A stretch of 64,000 nucleotides of DNA from Planctomycetota bacterium (GCA_965228735.1 OZ245838.1:3392001-3456000), one strand, 5' to 3'; counted from the first letter of the stretch, positions 47,541 through 60,712 are shown. The notes: a model not told the origin generated them from the sequence alone. Program-made: numbers and translations.

Positions 47541-47768
47541 ATGGACCACCAGCCCAACAACCCGCTGCACGGCATCACCCTGAAGATGATGCTCGAGTAC
47601 CTGGTCGAGGAGATCGGCTGGGCCGAGATGGCGCGCGCGGTCGACATCAACTGCTTCCACAACAACCCGACCATCAACTCGTCACTGAAGTTCCTGCGAA
47701 CGGTCGGCTGGGCGCGAACCAAGGTCGAGAACCTGTACCTGCGGGTGCGGCACCCGCGCGGGGCATAG
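47541..47768 (+). CDS. VF530/DUF2132 family small DNA-binding protein
   Basis: QPNNPLHGITLKMMLEYLV..GW..INCF..PTINSSLKFLR..WARTKVENLYL. Confidence 0.88.
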   Translation: MDHQPNNPLHGITLKMMLEYLVEEIGWAEMARAVDINCFHNNPTINSSLKFLRTVGWARTKVENLYLRVRHPRGA

Positions 47769-47786
47769 CCCGGGGCCCTGCTCCCC

Positions 47787-47838
47787 ATCACTGGCCCCGA
47801 ATCACTGGCCCCGAATCACTGGCCCCAAATCACTGGCC
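47787..47838. repeat. 14-bp tandem repeat ATCACTGGCCCCRA (~3.7 copies)
   Basis: Read directly; last partial copy is the stop-codon region of 47830..49953. Confidence 0.9.
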
Positions 47839-49953
47839 AACGGTCAGCTCGATCCCCTGCGTCGCCTCGAGTCCGCCCGACCGCAGACCGAACGCCTGGG
47901 CGAACACCCGTAGCCCGACGAGCGTAGAGGCCGCCGGGATGGGCAGTGGCCAGCGGCCGTTGCCGAAGCCGTCGGTCGTCGTGAAGAGCGACACCCGCGG
48001 CTGCACGAGCAGCGTGCAGCCGGCGACCGGCGTCGCGGCCTGCTGGAGCCCAACGCCGAGCAGCGCCGGCGCTGCCGCCAAGTGACCGCTGCTCGACAGC
48101 GTCAAGTCAGTGGCCGGCCGCGGCCAGTCGTCGGCGCGCAGTTGCAGCGTCGCCGGGCAACCCGTGCCATAGGAATCCGCGCGCGGCGACTGCAGGGCGA
48201 GCTCGTACAGACTCTCGCCGTCGAACAGCCGCACGCGTCCCGGCGCCGCGCTCACGGACGGCCACAGCGGCAGCGCCACGGCCGGGATCACGAGCTGCCT
48301 CCAATCGACGCCGTCCCAGATCCAGGTGTCGAGTTTGGCGCCGATGACGGCCGGTTCCGCCGACAACACGACGAGGCCCGTGACAGGTTCGAACGCCATG
48401 CTGACGAACGCGTCGGGTGCCGGGGCGTTGGCGGGCGTGAGCTGCTGCCAGCTCGTGCCGTTCCACGACCAGGTATCGGCGCGTGCGCCCACGACCGTGT
48501 CGCTCCCGCCCCACAGGAGCACGTTGCCACGCGCGAGGTCCCCGACCATCGCGGCGCCGCTGCGCGCGGTCGGCGCTACCGGCGTCGCGACCTGATTCCA
48601 GCCCGCAGCGGTCAGCCGCCACGTGTCGCCTAGCGCCGTGCCCGGTCCCGTGCCACCGCCGAACAACAGCGCGCCGCCAGTCGTCGGGTCGAACGCCACG
48701 GCGGGATACTCGCGGCCCGGCGGTCGCTGCGCGGAAGCGACCGGGCTCCAGGTAATGCCATCGAAGCGCCACGTGTCATCGAGGAACTGGGTCGAGCTCA
48801 CCCGCCCGCCGAACAGGAAGACGTCGTTGCCGTCGCTCCACATGCCGTGCTGCGAGCGCCGCGGCGGTGATGTCGGCGGCGCGCGCAGCAACCAGCTCGC
48901 GCCGTCCCACTCCCATGTCCGCGCCGCGTTCGCGCCCGCGACCAGGTCGCCGAACAGCACGAGTCGGTCGCGCGCGATCGAGTAGGCCGTACCCGGCGTG
49001 AAATTCTCGATGGGCAGCATCGTCGCGAATCGCTGGTTCCACGCCACGCCGTCCCACTCCCAAAGGTCCTGAGAGTTCGACGTGACGCCGCCGCCGATCA
49101 ACACCGTCCGGTCGCGATGGCTGTCGTAGACGACGCGGCCGCGACCGTGCGGCCCGGCCTGCGGCCACGGGGTCCAGGTGTTGCCGTCGTACTCCCACGT
49201 ATCCGGGGTCGCACCGCCGCCGTAGAGGACACTCACTCCGCGAGCGGTGTCGAACGTCATGTTCGCGCCGCTGCGCGCGCTCGGCGCGACCGGCGGTGTG
49301 CGCTGCGTCCAGGTGACGCCGTCCCACTCCCACGTGTCGCCGAGCGGCGGGTTCAGGATGAACATCGGATCCGTACCGCCGAACAGCACCGTCCGACCAC
49401 GCGCACGATCGAACGCCATCGCCGCGGCGATGCGCCGCGACGGCCCCACGACGTTGCGCAGCGTCCAGGTCGCGCCATCCCACTCCCAGGTCTGCACGGC
49501 TGGCGTGGTCGATCCCCCGCAGACGAACACCGTGCGATCACGCGCGCTGTCGAACACCGCCTGGCCGTGAAGAAACACCTGCGGCCCCGTCGCGGTCACG
49601 CGCTGCTGCCAGCGGTTGCCGTCGAACTCGTAGACCTCGGTCATGAACAGGTTGGTCCAACGGTCGACGAGCGCGACCACCACGCCGCGCGTGCTGTCGT
49701 ACGCCATGGCCTTGGGTCGCTGCGGCAGCAGGCCGACCGGGCGATGCAACCAGCGGCTGCCGTCCCACTCCCGCGTCTCAGCCGCGGCGCCGACGCCCAC
49801 GAGCCGGCCGCGGACCTCGTCGAACACCGCGACCGTGGCCGCAACGAACGGATCGCCGACCACTCGCCATTCCTGACCACGGACCGACGAAGTCGCCAGC
49901 GCGAGCAGCGCACACAGCGAGGCGGGGAAAGCGGTCGACATCGTGGAGGGCAT
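47830..49953 (-). CDS. Secreted kelch-like beta-propeller protein (TWEWDG repeats) with C-terminal domain
   Basis: About 11 repeats of FD..RG..VLFGG..DTWEWDG..W; signal peptide ending VRGQ. Confidence 0.85.
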   Translation of the reverse strand: MPSTMSTAFPASLCALLALATSSVRGQEWRVVGDPFVAATVAVFDEVRGRLVGVGAAAETREWDGSRWLHRPVGLLPQRPKAMAYDSTRGVVVALVDRWTNLFMTEVYEFDGNRWQQRVTATGPQVFLHGQAVFDSARDRTVFVCGGSTTPAVQTWEWDGATWTLRNVVGPSRRIAAAMAFDRARGRTVLFGGTDPMFILNPPLGDTWEWDGVTWTQRTPPVAPSARSGANMTFDTARGVSVLYGGGATPDTWEYDGNTWTPWPQAGPHGRGRVVYDSHRDRTVLIGGGVTSNSQDLWEWDGVAWNQRFATMLPIENFTPGTAYSIARDRLVLFGDLVAGANAARTWEWDGASWLLRAPPTSPPRRSQHGMWSDGNDVFLFGGRVSSTQFLDDTWRFDGITWSPVASAQRPPGREYPAVAFDPTTGGALLFGGGTGPGTALGDTWRLTAAGWNQVATPVAPTARSGAAMVGDLARGNVLLWGGSDTVVGARADTWSWNGTSWQQLTPANAPAPDAFVSMAFEPVTGLVVLSAEPAVIGAKLDTWIWDGVDWRQLVIPAVALPLWPSVSAAPGRVRLFDGESLYELALQSPRADSYGTGCPATLQLRADDWPRPATDLTLSSSGHLAAAPALLGVGLQQAATPVAGCTLLVQPRVSLFTTTDGFGNGRWPLPIPAASTLVGLRVFAQAFGLRSGGLEATQGIELTVGQ

Positions 49954-50019
49954 GGCGCGAGTCGAGCATACGACCCGGCGGCACTCACGTGGCAATCGCG
50001 ACCGGTGAGACCGCGCGGC

Positions 50020-51192
50020 TCACAGCACGGTGCTGATGCCCGGGTTGCTGGCCTGCAGCGTGTTCGCGTTCGCGTCGTGGCCCACGGCCTGCCAGGCGAA
50101 CTGCGTGCCGACGAACGCCGGGTTGTTGGGCACCGCCACCGAGGCCGTCAGCGGCTGACCGGCCGGTGGCACACCGAACGCAACGAACGCGAAGACGGTC
50201 GGGTCGAGCCACAGTTCGTCGACGACGCCCGCGATCGCGAGCGGTGGACCGCGGAAACCGAGCACCACGATCAATGGGTCGCCGGCGGCAGTCCGGGCCG
50301 CGGCGGTGAAGCTGCCACCGGGTGGCGCGTCGGTCGCCACGAGAGCCGGCAAGCTGCGGGCAAGGGGTGCCGGAGCATTGCCGATGACGTGCACCGCCGG
50401 GTCGAGCCGGAACGCACTCAGCGAATGGACCGCTATGGCCACCGGCGGCCCGATGAGAGGACTGTATACCGCGCCACGCAGGATCCGGACGTTCGAGGTC
50501 GAGCCCACGACGTCGACACCCGGCGAGCCACCGACGAGGACGCCATTGCTGAACGAGCCAAGACCACCCGAGATCATGTTGTCGGCGAGCACGATCGTGC
50601 CGCCGAGGATCGTGACTCCGGGGGTCGAGCTCGACGAGTGGAACGAGATCCCGCGGCCTCGCAGCGCACAGCCGTCGATCGTCGCGGCGCAGACCACGAG
50701 CTCGACGTGACCTTCGACCGAGCAGTCTCGAATCATCAACTGGTCACAGCTGCTGGCACGCAGCGAGCTCTGGAACGCGCACTGCGGCCCCAGACAGCCT
50801 TGCGCCAGGAACTCGAGATCGGCGAGCAGCACGAGGTCCGCGCAGTCGGTCAGCACGAGCTGGGAGAGCACGGTCTGATTGACGTAGAGCGGACTGGCCA
50901 AGGTCAGCCCGCGCAGCTCGACCGGCTGGCCGATCTGCGTCGCGGTGATCGCGATCTGGCCGTCGATCGTCACCCCAGGCTCGCCGCGAATCGCGAACCC
51001 CTTGCCGGCGACCGAGAAGCCGGCGTAGCTGCCAGCGCGCACGACGAGAGTGGCTCCCGACGGAACCGCGGCCACGGCCGCGGTGAGCGTCGTGAAGTGC
51101 GTGCCAGGGCCGCCGGCCGCGTCGACGACGAACGTCTGGCTCGGCACGGCGGCGGCAAGCAGAACGAGCCCGAGGGCGGCGGTGCGCAGCAT
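50020..51192 (-). CDS. Secreted protein, possible parallel beta-helix, with C-terminal domain
   Basis: Signal peptide; FVVDAAGGPGTHFTTLTAAVAAV..LVVRAGSY start typical of pectin-lyase-like folds. Confidence 0.75.
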   Translation of the reverse strand: MLRTAALGLVLLAAAVPSQTFVVDAAGGPGTHFTTLTAAVAAVPSGATLVVRAGSYAGFSVAGKGFAIRGEPGVTIDGQIAITATQIGQPVELRGLTLASPLYVNQTVLSQLVLTDCADLVLLADLEFLAQGCLGPQCAFQSSLRASSCDQLMIRDCSVEGHVELVVCAATIDGCALRGRGISFHSSSSTPGVTILGGTIVLADNMISGGLGSFSNGVLVGGSPGVDVVGSTSNVRILRGAVYSPLIGPPVAIAVHSLSAFRLDPAVHVIGNAPAPLARSLPALVATDAPPGGSFTAAARTAAGDPLIVVLGFRGPPLAIAGVVDELWLDPTVFAFVAFGVPPAGQPLTASVAVPNNPAFVGTQFAWQAVGHDANANTLQASNPGISTVL

Positions 51193-51276
51193 CGTGACAT
51201 CGTATCGGTATCCCGATGCGCTAGCTGATTCTGGCCGGCGCCGTCGACCTTCTGACCGGCTCCCCTTCGAGCGCGC

Positions 51277-52287
51277 TCACCGCATGCGCGGCGGCCGCAC
51301 GAGCAGGTTGCGCAGCAGGCGGGCGTTGCCCGGGTGTTCTCTCAGCCAGTTCCACCACAACGACACGCCGAGCGTGACGACCTCGCCGCCGCTGCGGGTG
51401 CGGGTGTAAGCGGCGAACGGTCCCGCGATGCTGTCGACCAGTGGTACCCCCCGTTCCTCTTCGATCCGAATCGTGGCCGGCCGCCGCACGACAACGGACT
51501 CGACGCCGACGGTCAGTGGATGTTCGGTCACCGCATCGAAAGTGATCGGACCGATTCCGAGTGGCGCGCGATCGATCATGGTCAACCCGAACGGCTCACA
51601 AACCCGGTTCGCCCCCCTGACCGTGTTCTCGTAGAACGAGTTGGCGCATAGGACGACGCGCCCGCCACCGCAAACGAAGCCCTGCAGCCGAGCCGCGTCG
51701 CCGTCCGTCAATCGCGTGAGTGACGACTCACCGACCAGAACGATGTCGACGCGTGCCAGGTGCTCCGGCGCAAACGGGCTCTCGCTCGGACGGCGAAGGC
51801 GATAGTCGACGTCGAAGCGGCCACGCGCGACGAAGTCACGCCAGGCGTCGAACGCGGCCACCTCGTTCGACGCGTAGGTCTCGAACGGTGATTCCGCGAC
51901 GAGGATGCGGCTGCCGCGCGGCGGGCTCTCACGAACGGTCCACCGGACCTTGATGATGGCGCGTTCCCTCCCGCGGACCACGGGGATCTCGCGTGTGAAC
52001 TCACCTTCGACACTCGTCGGAACAGCGAAACCCAGCTCGGTGACGATCTCATCCTTGCCACGTCGATAGGTTCGTTCGAGCAGCGGCCGAAACCCCGACG
52101 GCAGTTCGGTCTTCGGATCCGGCTGACGCTCCATGTCCGTCCACCAGATCCCGGTCGACGCTTCGCAGACCGAACCGACGCACAGCGTGCCGAGCTCGAG
52201 CACCGGCGGCTGGACCCGGGGTGCCGCATCCTGCGCGAGGACGGATCCGGTCGGGACCATGAGGAGCCACACCGCGAGAGCACGCAT
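51277..52287 (-). CDS. Secreted hypothetical protein with C-terminal GATase-like (DUF4350-like) domain
   Basis: Signal peptide ending VLAQ; LQGFVCGGGRVVL, HPLTVGV, GEVVTLG, NARLLRNLL. Confidence 0.65.
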   Translation of the reverse strand: MRALAVWLLMVPTGSVLAQDAAPRVQPPVLELGTLCVGSVCEASTGIWWTDMERQPDPKTELPSGFRPLLERTYRRGKDEIVTELGFAVPTSVEGEFTREIPVVRGRERAIIKVRWTVRESPPRGSRILVAESPFETYASNEVAAFDAWRDFVARGRFDVDYRLRRPSESPFAPEHLARVDIVLVGESSLTRLTDGDAARLQGFVCGGGRVVLCANSFYENTVRGANRVCEPFGLTMIDRAPLGIGPITFDAVTEHPLTVGVESVVVRRPATIRIEEERGVPLVDSIAGPFAAYTRTRSGGEVVTLGVSLWWNWLREHPGNARLLRNLLVRPPRMR

Positions 52288-52489
52288 GACGGCGGAACAT
52301 ACCGCGGTCAATCGCGTTCATGTTCGGGCAGATTGCGGCAGCCCCACTCACACCCGGTCCGAGCGCCCGGGTCTGCCATCATGCCGTCGAGCAGCGCCTG
52401 GGCCTCGTCGTCCGCCCGACCCGTTCCCACTCCCACGCCGCGTTCTTCACCCGCGACGGGTTACCTCTGCCGCACCGCACCGGGAGAGC

Positions 52490-52525
52490 GGCGCACGGGG
52501 AGTGGCGCACGGGGAGTGGCGCACG
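52490..52525. repeat. 14-bp tandem repeat GGCGCACGGGGAGT (~2.6 copies)
   Basis: Read directly, just downstream of ileS. Confidence 0.75.
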
Positions 52526-52556
52526 AACTCGGCGCGCGTGACGACGGCCGTTCGGA

Positions 52557-55715
<3,159 letters not shown>

Positions 55716-55781
55716 CGGGGTGAGCAGTGTGACGACTCACCCCCTCGTTGGCAATCGCGAGGGTCCCTCGGGGCCCGTCGG

Positions 55782-58736
55782 TCAGCGCACCCGTCGGAGT
55801 TCGACCACCGCGGCGGCGTGGCGCCGAGCCAACGAACCGACGACGACCTCGCCCCGCCAACCGGCGCCCGACTCGGCCTGGACGTCGAGGTCGAACGTGC
55901 CGACGGGCAAGAACGCCATCACGCTCGGTGGCGCGTCACGCAGCACCGTGAACTCACCGAACACGCGGCCGTCGCGGCGCCGGCGCAGGCCGATGTGCAG
56001 CACCTCGTGGCCGAACGCCTCGTCGGCCTTCAGAGCGAGCGCGCGACGGGTGACGGCTTCGACCTCGAGGTCGAGCTCGGTTGCCTCGCCTTCTTCGACC
56101 TCGAACGGCACGCCGTTGACCCATGCGAAGTCCTCGCCCATCGCGTAGAGCCGGAACGAACCGACGGGCACCCGCAGCTCACCGGTCGCTGATTCGGCCC
56201 GTGCGTAGCGCCGGGGTGCCGGCGCGCTGACGACGGTGACCACGGCGCCCGCGATGGGCCGGCCGTCGCTGCGCCGCAGTCGATACCGGACGAGGCCGCT
56301 CGGACCCGCCCGCAACACCACGTCGGCAGGAACGCCCGCAGCGAGGACGACGTGGTCGTTCCGCACCGCGGGCTGCGTCGGGTCCGTGCTCTCGACGAAC
56401 ACGGAGTAGGAGCCCGGCGCGAGCGCCGGAACGGCGAAGTAACCGCTTCGGTCCGTGCTCGCGCACTCCCAGAACACGTCGGTGTGACAGCGCAGGTAGA
56501 CCCGCCCGAACGGGATCGGCGTATCGCCGACGCCGAGGCAGCGGCCGCGGAGCCCGGCGGTCGGCCGCCACCGCTCCGGCACGGTCACGGCGACACCCGT
56601 GCTCGTCGTGCGGATGCTCCCGGGCTCGACGTCGTGCCACACCGGATCGCCCGCGGCCCGCACGCGCAGCCGCACCGGCCCCTCGCGCTCCCGCAGGTCA
56701 CACCGGCCGTCCTCGTCGGTGACCGCCTCCTCGACGCTCGGGATCAACGCCGAACGCGTGCTGGTCTGACAACGCACGTTCCACCCCGCGGCCGGCGCGC
56801 CATCCGAGAAGGCAACCTCGGCCACGAACCGCGGCTCGATCGGCAACTCGATCACGAGCGGATCCTGCGCGCCGACGCCGCCGTCGAGCACGACGCGGCG
56901 AGCAGCGTGGCCCGGCGCGCGCGCGCACACGACTCCGTGGCCCGCCGGCAGATCGAACCGGAACGTGCCGTCCGCCGCGACCTGCAACCCGACGACCTGA
57001 TCGCGGTCCGGCCCGCGATAGACGACCTCGGCGCTCGCCAGCGCGGCGCCTGCCGAGTCGATTACCCGGCCCCGCAGCGTGCGGGCTTCGCGCATCGTGA
57101 GGGCCAGTTCGACGGTCTCGTCGGTCGCGATCGTGACCGATCTGGCGACCGCCTGCCGCCCCCGGACGCGGGCGTAGATCTCGTGCTCACCCGGCGGCAG
57201 CCAGAGCGGCCCGAACCGGCCGTGAGCATCCGTTCGCACGGTCACCGTCGGCGCCGCCTGCATCTCGACTCCGTCCGGCAATCCCACGGCCGCGAACTCC
57301 GGCGCCGCACCAGCGGTCACGGCGACGTCCGCGCACGGGCGACCGGCCGGATCGCACAGCGTCCCCGAGACCGCGCCGGCCGGCGCGAGGCGCAGCCTGA
57401 GTTCGCCACCATCGCGCGCGCACGGCCGCGGCGGCGCCACGGCGTGCGGAGCCATGGCAGCAACGATCGCGACCCGCGGCATCGCGCCCAGGGCGAATCG
57501 ACCCGCAGCGTCCGTGCGAGTCACCACGCCGCCGCCGAACGCATCGTCGACGGCCGCGAGCCAGACAGCGGCCCCCGCGGCGGGCTCACCATCGCGACCG
57601 ATCACGACGCCGCGCCGGGTGGGCCCGTTCGCGACCAGCTGCACGACGCCGGCGTCGCGCGCGGGGTCGAGCGACCGCTCCTGACCACGGTCGCTGCGCA
57701 GCCGCACGCGTCGCCCGATCAACCCGTCGAACCGAACGCTGCCGTCGATCGCCGTGACACCGCGGCGGCGCGCGGCGAGCGGGTCTTCACCGCTGACCGG
57801 CTCGACCCATACGCCGACCCCGGGAACCGCTTCGCCGTCGCGGTCGCGAACCTGCACGACGAGGCCGTTCCCGGCCGTCTTCGAAGCTGCCGGCATCGGT
57901 ACCGGAAACCGCGAGTCAATCGCGGCATCGGCAGCATGCGGGGTCGCGTCACCCCGCGGGTCGCCCGCCGGGTCACCCCCGGAGTCACGCTGGGCCACGG
58001 CCGCGCCCCGCGGCGCGGGTTCCGAGGCCCCGGAGAAGGGCACGACGGCCAGCGCGACGACGACGAGCGCCGCGACGGCGCCGAACGAGGTCGCCCGAGC
58101 CGGCCCCCGCCCCCACCAACGTCGCGGGCACGCGCTGGTCCGTTGCCCAGGAACGGCGGTCGCGAGCAACAACGCCAACAACGCCGGCGTCAATCCTCGC
58201 GGCAACCGCCGCCGCAGTTCGCGGAGGCCGCGAAACAGGTGAACCCGCGTCGTCGCCTGCAGCCGGCCGAGACGCCTGCTGACCTCGCGCGGCGTCAGGC
58301 CTTCGAGCACGTGGAGCTCGAGCGCGACCCGATAGTGCTCCGGCACGCTCGCGATCGCACGCCGGAGCAGGGCGTGCAGTTCGCTGCCCGCGGCCGCGTC
58401 GACCGGGCTGTCGGTCGACGCCGAGCGATCGAGTGCCCACGCCTGCTGATGGCGATGCCGCCGGGCCTCGCTGCGAACGTGGTTGGCGATCTTGCGCGTG
58501 AGGATGCCCTGCAGCCACGGCAAGAGCGGCTGCGACGCATCGTACGCCGCCGACCGCTGCACCGCCGTCACCATCGTCTCGTGCACGAGCTCCTCGACGA
58601 GGTCCGCGGAGAGGGCGAACCGCATGGCGAAGCTGCGGAGCCGCGGCGAACAACGCCGGACGACCGCGGCCAGCGCGTTCTCGTCGCCGTCGTCGAGGAA
58701 GCGGCGGAACAGGATCTCGTGTGTGTCGACGGCCAC
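55782..58736 (-). CDS. ECF sigma factor fused via TM segment to multiple carboxypeptidase-regulatory-like beta-sandwich repeats
   Basis: Sigma region 2 (EELVHET..YDASQPLLPWLQGI), region 4 (VPEHYRVALELHVLEGLTPREV); TM AVAALVVVALAVV; repeats G.V.D..G.P.AGA.V..TDA.GRF. Confidence 0.85.
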   Translation of the reverse strand: MAVDTHEILFRRFLDDGDENALAAVVRRCSPRLRSFAMRFALSADLVEELVHETMVTAVQRSAAYDASQPLLPWLQGILTRKIANHVRSEARRHRHQQAWALDRSASTDSPVDAAAGSELHALLRRAIASVPEHYRVALELHVLEGLTPREVSRRLGRLQATTRVHLFRGLRELRRRLPRGLTPALLALLLATAVPGQRTSACPRRWWGRGPARATSFGAVAALVVVALAVVPFSGASEPAPRGAAVAQRDSGGDPAGDPRGDATPHAADAAIDSRFPVPMPAASKTAGNGLVVQVRDRDGEAVPGVGVWVEPVSGEDPLAARRRGVTAIDGSVRFDGLIGRRVRLRSDRGQERSLDPARDAGVVQLVANGPTRRGVVIGRDGEPAAGAAVWLAAVDDAFGGGVVTRTDAAGRFALGAMPRVAIVAAMAPHAVAPPRPCARDGGELRLRLAPAGAVSGTLCDPAGRPCADVAVTAGAAPEFAAVGLPDGVEMQAAPTVTVRTDAHGRFGPLWLPPGEHEIYARVRGRQAVARSVTIATDETVELALTMREARTLRGRVIDSAGAALASAEVVYRGPDRDQVVGLQVAADGTFRFDLPAGHGVVCARAPGHAARRVVLDGGVGAQDPLVIELPIEPRFVAEVAFSDGAPAAGWNVRCQTSTRSALIPSVEEAVTDEDGRCDLREREGPVRLRVRAAGDPVWHDVEPGSIRTTSTGVAVTVPERWRPTAGLRGRCLGVGDTPIPFGRVYLRCHTDVFWECASTDRSGYFAVPALAPGSYSVFVESTDPTQPAVRNDHVVLAAGVPADVVLRAGPSGLVRYRLRRSDGRPIAGAVVTVVSAPAPRRYARAESATGELRVPVGSFRLYAMGEDFAWVNGVPFEVEEGEATELDLEVEAVTRRALALKADEAFGHEVLHIGLRRRRDGRVFGEFTVLRDAPPSVMAFLPVGTFDLDVQAESGAGWRGEVVVGSLARRHAAAVVELRRVR

Positions 58737-58740
58737 CCGG

Positions 58741-59859
58741 CTACTGGATGATGCGGACCGCGGCGGGCTCGGAGGCCGCGACCGTCGGATAGTACGTGAA
58801 CCACGCGAAGTTCACGGTTTGTCCGAGCAAGACCGCCGGCACCGGGACCTGGGTATCGAACGACGCATTCGCCGTACCGTCGGCCGACAACGTGCCGAGG
58901 AATCCCGGCAGCGCCGCGGTGCCGAGGCCGCCCGCAAGCGCGCCGAGGAACCAGTCGGAGTTGAGCGGCAGCGTCACGCCGCCGAGCGGGATGCCGGGCG
59001 TCGTCCCGGAGATCGACCCGAGCAGCGCGTACGCATCGCCGGCGCCCTCGCCGTAGAGCCGCAGCGTGAGCGTCTCGCGGCGGTTGATCCGCAGTTCTTC
59101 GAGATCGACGGAGAGGCTGTTCGGGGCCGTCCGTTCGCGGACCGTGAAGTTGTCGAAGACGAGGCTGTCGTCACCGGCGCCATGGAGCGTGAGCTGCGTG
59201 AAGCCGTGCGCCGGCAGGTTGGTGAGCGTCGCGGTCGGCTGACCCGTCGCGACGAGCTGACCGTCGATGTAGAGCGCGGTCGCGTCGCCGATGATGTCGA
59301 CGACGGTGCGCGTGTGATGCCAGGTGTCACGCGTCACGAAGTAGCCGGTCGGACTCCAGACGCGATTGCTCGTCGACATGAAGTGCACCTCACCGTCGCT
59401 CTGGATGTCCCAGAGGAGCTGCGAGGACCACGGGTGCGGCGCCGGCTGGGTGTAGAACCCCCACGCCGTCGAGGGCTGGCTGCTGCTCGTCAGGTAGAAG
59501 TCGAACTCGACCTCGATCACGCCGGTCGAGAGGTTGAAGAGCGCGTTCCGGCGCAGCTCGCCGGTCGCGCCTGGCGCCATCTGCGACGCGTCCCAGCGAA
59601 CGGCCTGTTCGCCGCTGCGGACGACCGTCGATTGGATCTGCGCGGCGGCCAGATTGGGGATGCCCTGGACGCTGTCGAACAGCATCCAGCCATCCTGCCC
59701 GCTGGTCATCGAGATGCCGGGCAACGCGCCGGGCACGTAGCGCGGCGCCTCGAACGAGCCGGCCGAGAACGACCCGTACTGACTTTGCGCCGAAGCGGCA
59801 TCGAGCGGCAGGAGGAGGAGAACGGAGAGCGGGAGAGATCCCGAGAGCAGGTGTTTCAT
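58741..59859 (-). CDS. Secreted protein with concanavalin/LamG-like domain and C-terminal domain
   Basis: Signal peptide ending ASAQ; DTWHHTRTVVD..LYIDGQLV..FDNFTV; YALLGSISGTTPG..LPLNSD. Confidence 0.8.
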   Translation of the reverse strand: MKHLLSGSLPLSVLLLLPLDAASAQSQYGSFSAGSFEAPRYVPGALPGISMTSGQDGWMLFDSVQGIPNLAAAQIQSTVVRSGEQAVRWDASQMAPGATGELRRNALFNLSTGVIEVEFDFYLTSSSQPSTAWGFYTQPAPHPWSSQLLWDIQSDGEVHFMSTSNRVWSPTGYFVTRDTWHHTRTVVDIIGDATALYIDGQLVATGQPTATLTNLPAHGFTQLTLHGAGDDSLVFDNFTVRERTAPNSLSVDLEELRINRRETLTLRLYGEGAGDAYALLGSISGTTPGIPLGGVTLPLNSDWFLGALAGGLGTAALPGFLGTLSADGTANASFDTQVPVPAVLLGQTVNFAWFTYYPTVAASEPAAVRIIQ

Positions 59860-59966
59860 CGCGATCGAGAGGCGACCAGGGGAAATGGGGGGTCCCCGGG
59901 TTGGCCCGCGAGCGAACGACCGTTTCAGAATTCCCGATCAGTCGATCGGGTGCGTACCTACCCGCC

Positions 59967-60641
59967 CTACAGCCGCACCGTCATGCCGAAGAGGACGCCG
60001 CTCATGTCGATGTCGACGTCGCCGTTCGTGGCCGTGATGTCGTCGTATTCGCCCTCCCAGTCGTGATAGGCGACGAAGAGGTCGAGCTCCTCGGTGGGCG
60101 TGAACTTCAGGCCGGCCTCGAAGTGGCCGGCGTAGCCGTCGTCGAGCAGGTGCGCCTTGGCCCGCATGTAGGGGCCGATCCACTCGCGCAGGCGGACGCG
60201 GGCTTCGAAGCCGAAGAACGGGCCGTAGTAGTTCTTGCGGACGTCGAACATCGGGTTGTCGTCGAACTCGATCCGGTCGACGCCGAAGCCGAACAGGCCG
60301 AAGGCCTCGACGCGGCGCGCGCGGAAGCCCGGCTTGTAGGCCACGCCGGCGTGCGCGAGCCGGTAGTCGGCGTCGCCGAGGCCGCCGCCGAGGTCGGTGT
60401 CACCGAGTCCGCCCGTGACGTCGAGCTCGAAGTACTGGCGAAATCCGCCGCGGCGCCCGTTCTCCGGGCGCGGGCCCGACATCGGGGCCGACAGATCGAA
60501 GTCGAAGCGCGCCGCCGCGAACACGGCGCCGGTGTCCTCGGCGTCCACATCCGAACTCACGCAGCCGCCGAGGCCCAGGAACACCACGACGGAGAACACC
60601 GTGGCGAGGAGCGGACAGACCATCGTTCGCCGGGTCGTCAT
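59967..60641 (-). CDS. Putative outer-membrane beta-barrel protein with lipobox-like signal
   Basis: VVVFLGLGGC; amphipathic aromatic strands; ends GVLFGMTVRL; start 60641 or 60623. Confidence 0.65.
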   Translation of the reverse strand: MTTRRTMVCPLLATVFSVVVFLGLGGCVSSDVDAEDTGAVFAAARFDFDLSAPMSGPRPENGRRGGFRQYFELDVTGGLGDTDLGGGLGDADYRLAHAGVAYKPGFRARRVEAFGLFGFGVDRIEFDDNPMFDVRKNYYGPFFGFEARVRLREWIGPYMRAKAHLLDDGYAGHFEAGLKFTPTEELDLFVAYHDWEGEYDDITATNGDVDIDMSGVLFGMTVRL

Positions 60642-60712
60642 GGCCGCGCAGTGTAGTTGGCGGCGGACCGCGAATCCCCCCTTCGGCCGAGCGGCGTGCT
60701 CCTCCAGACCGT

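Noticed and set aside
55716..55781. T-box leader for ileS
   Set aside because: Gap is only 66 nt and lacks the T-box consensus
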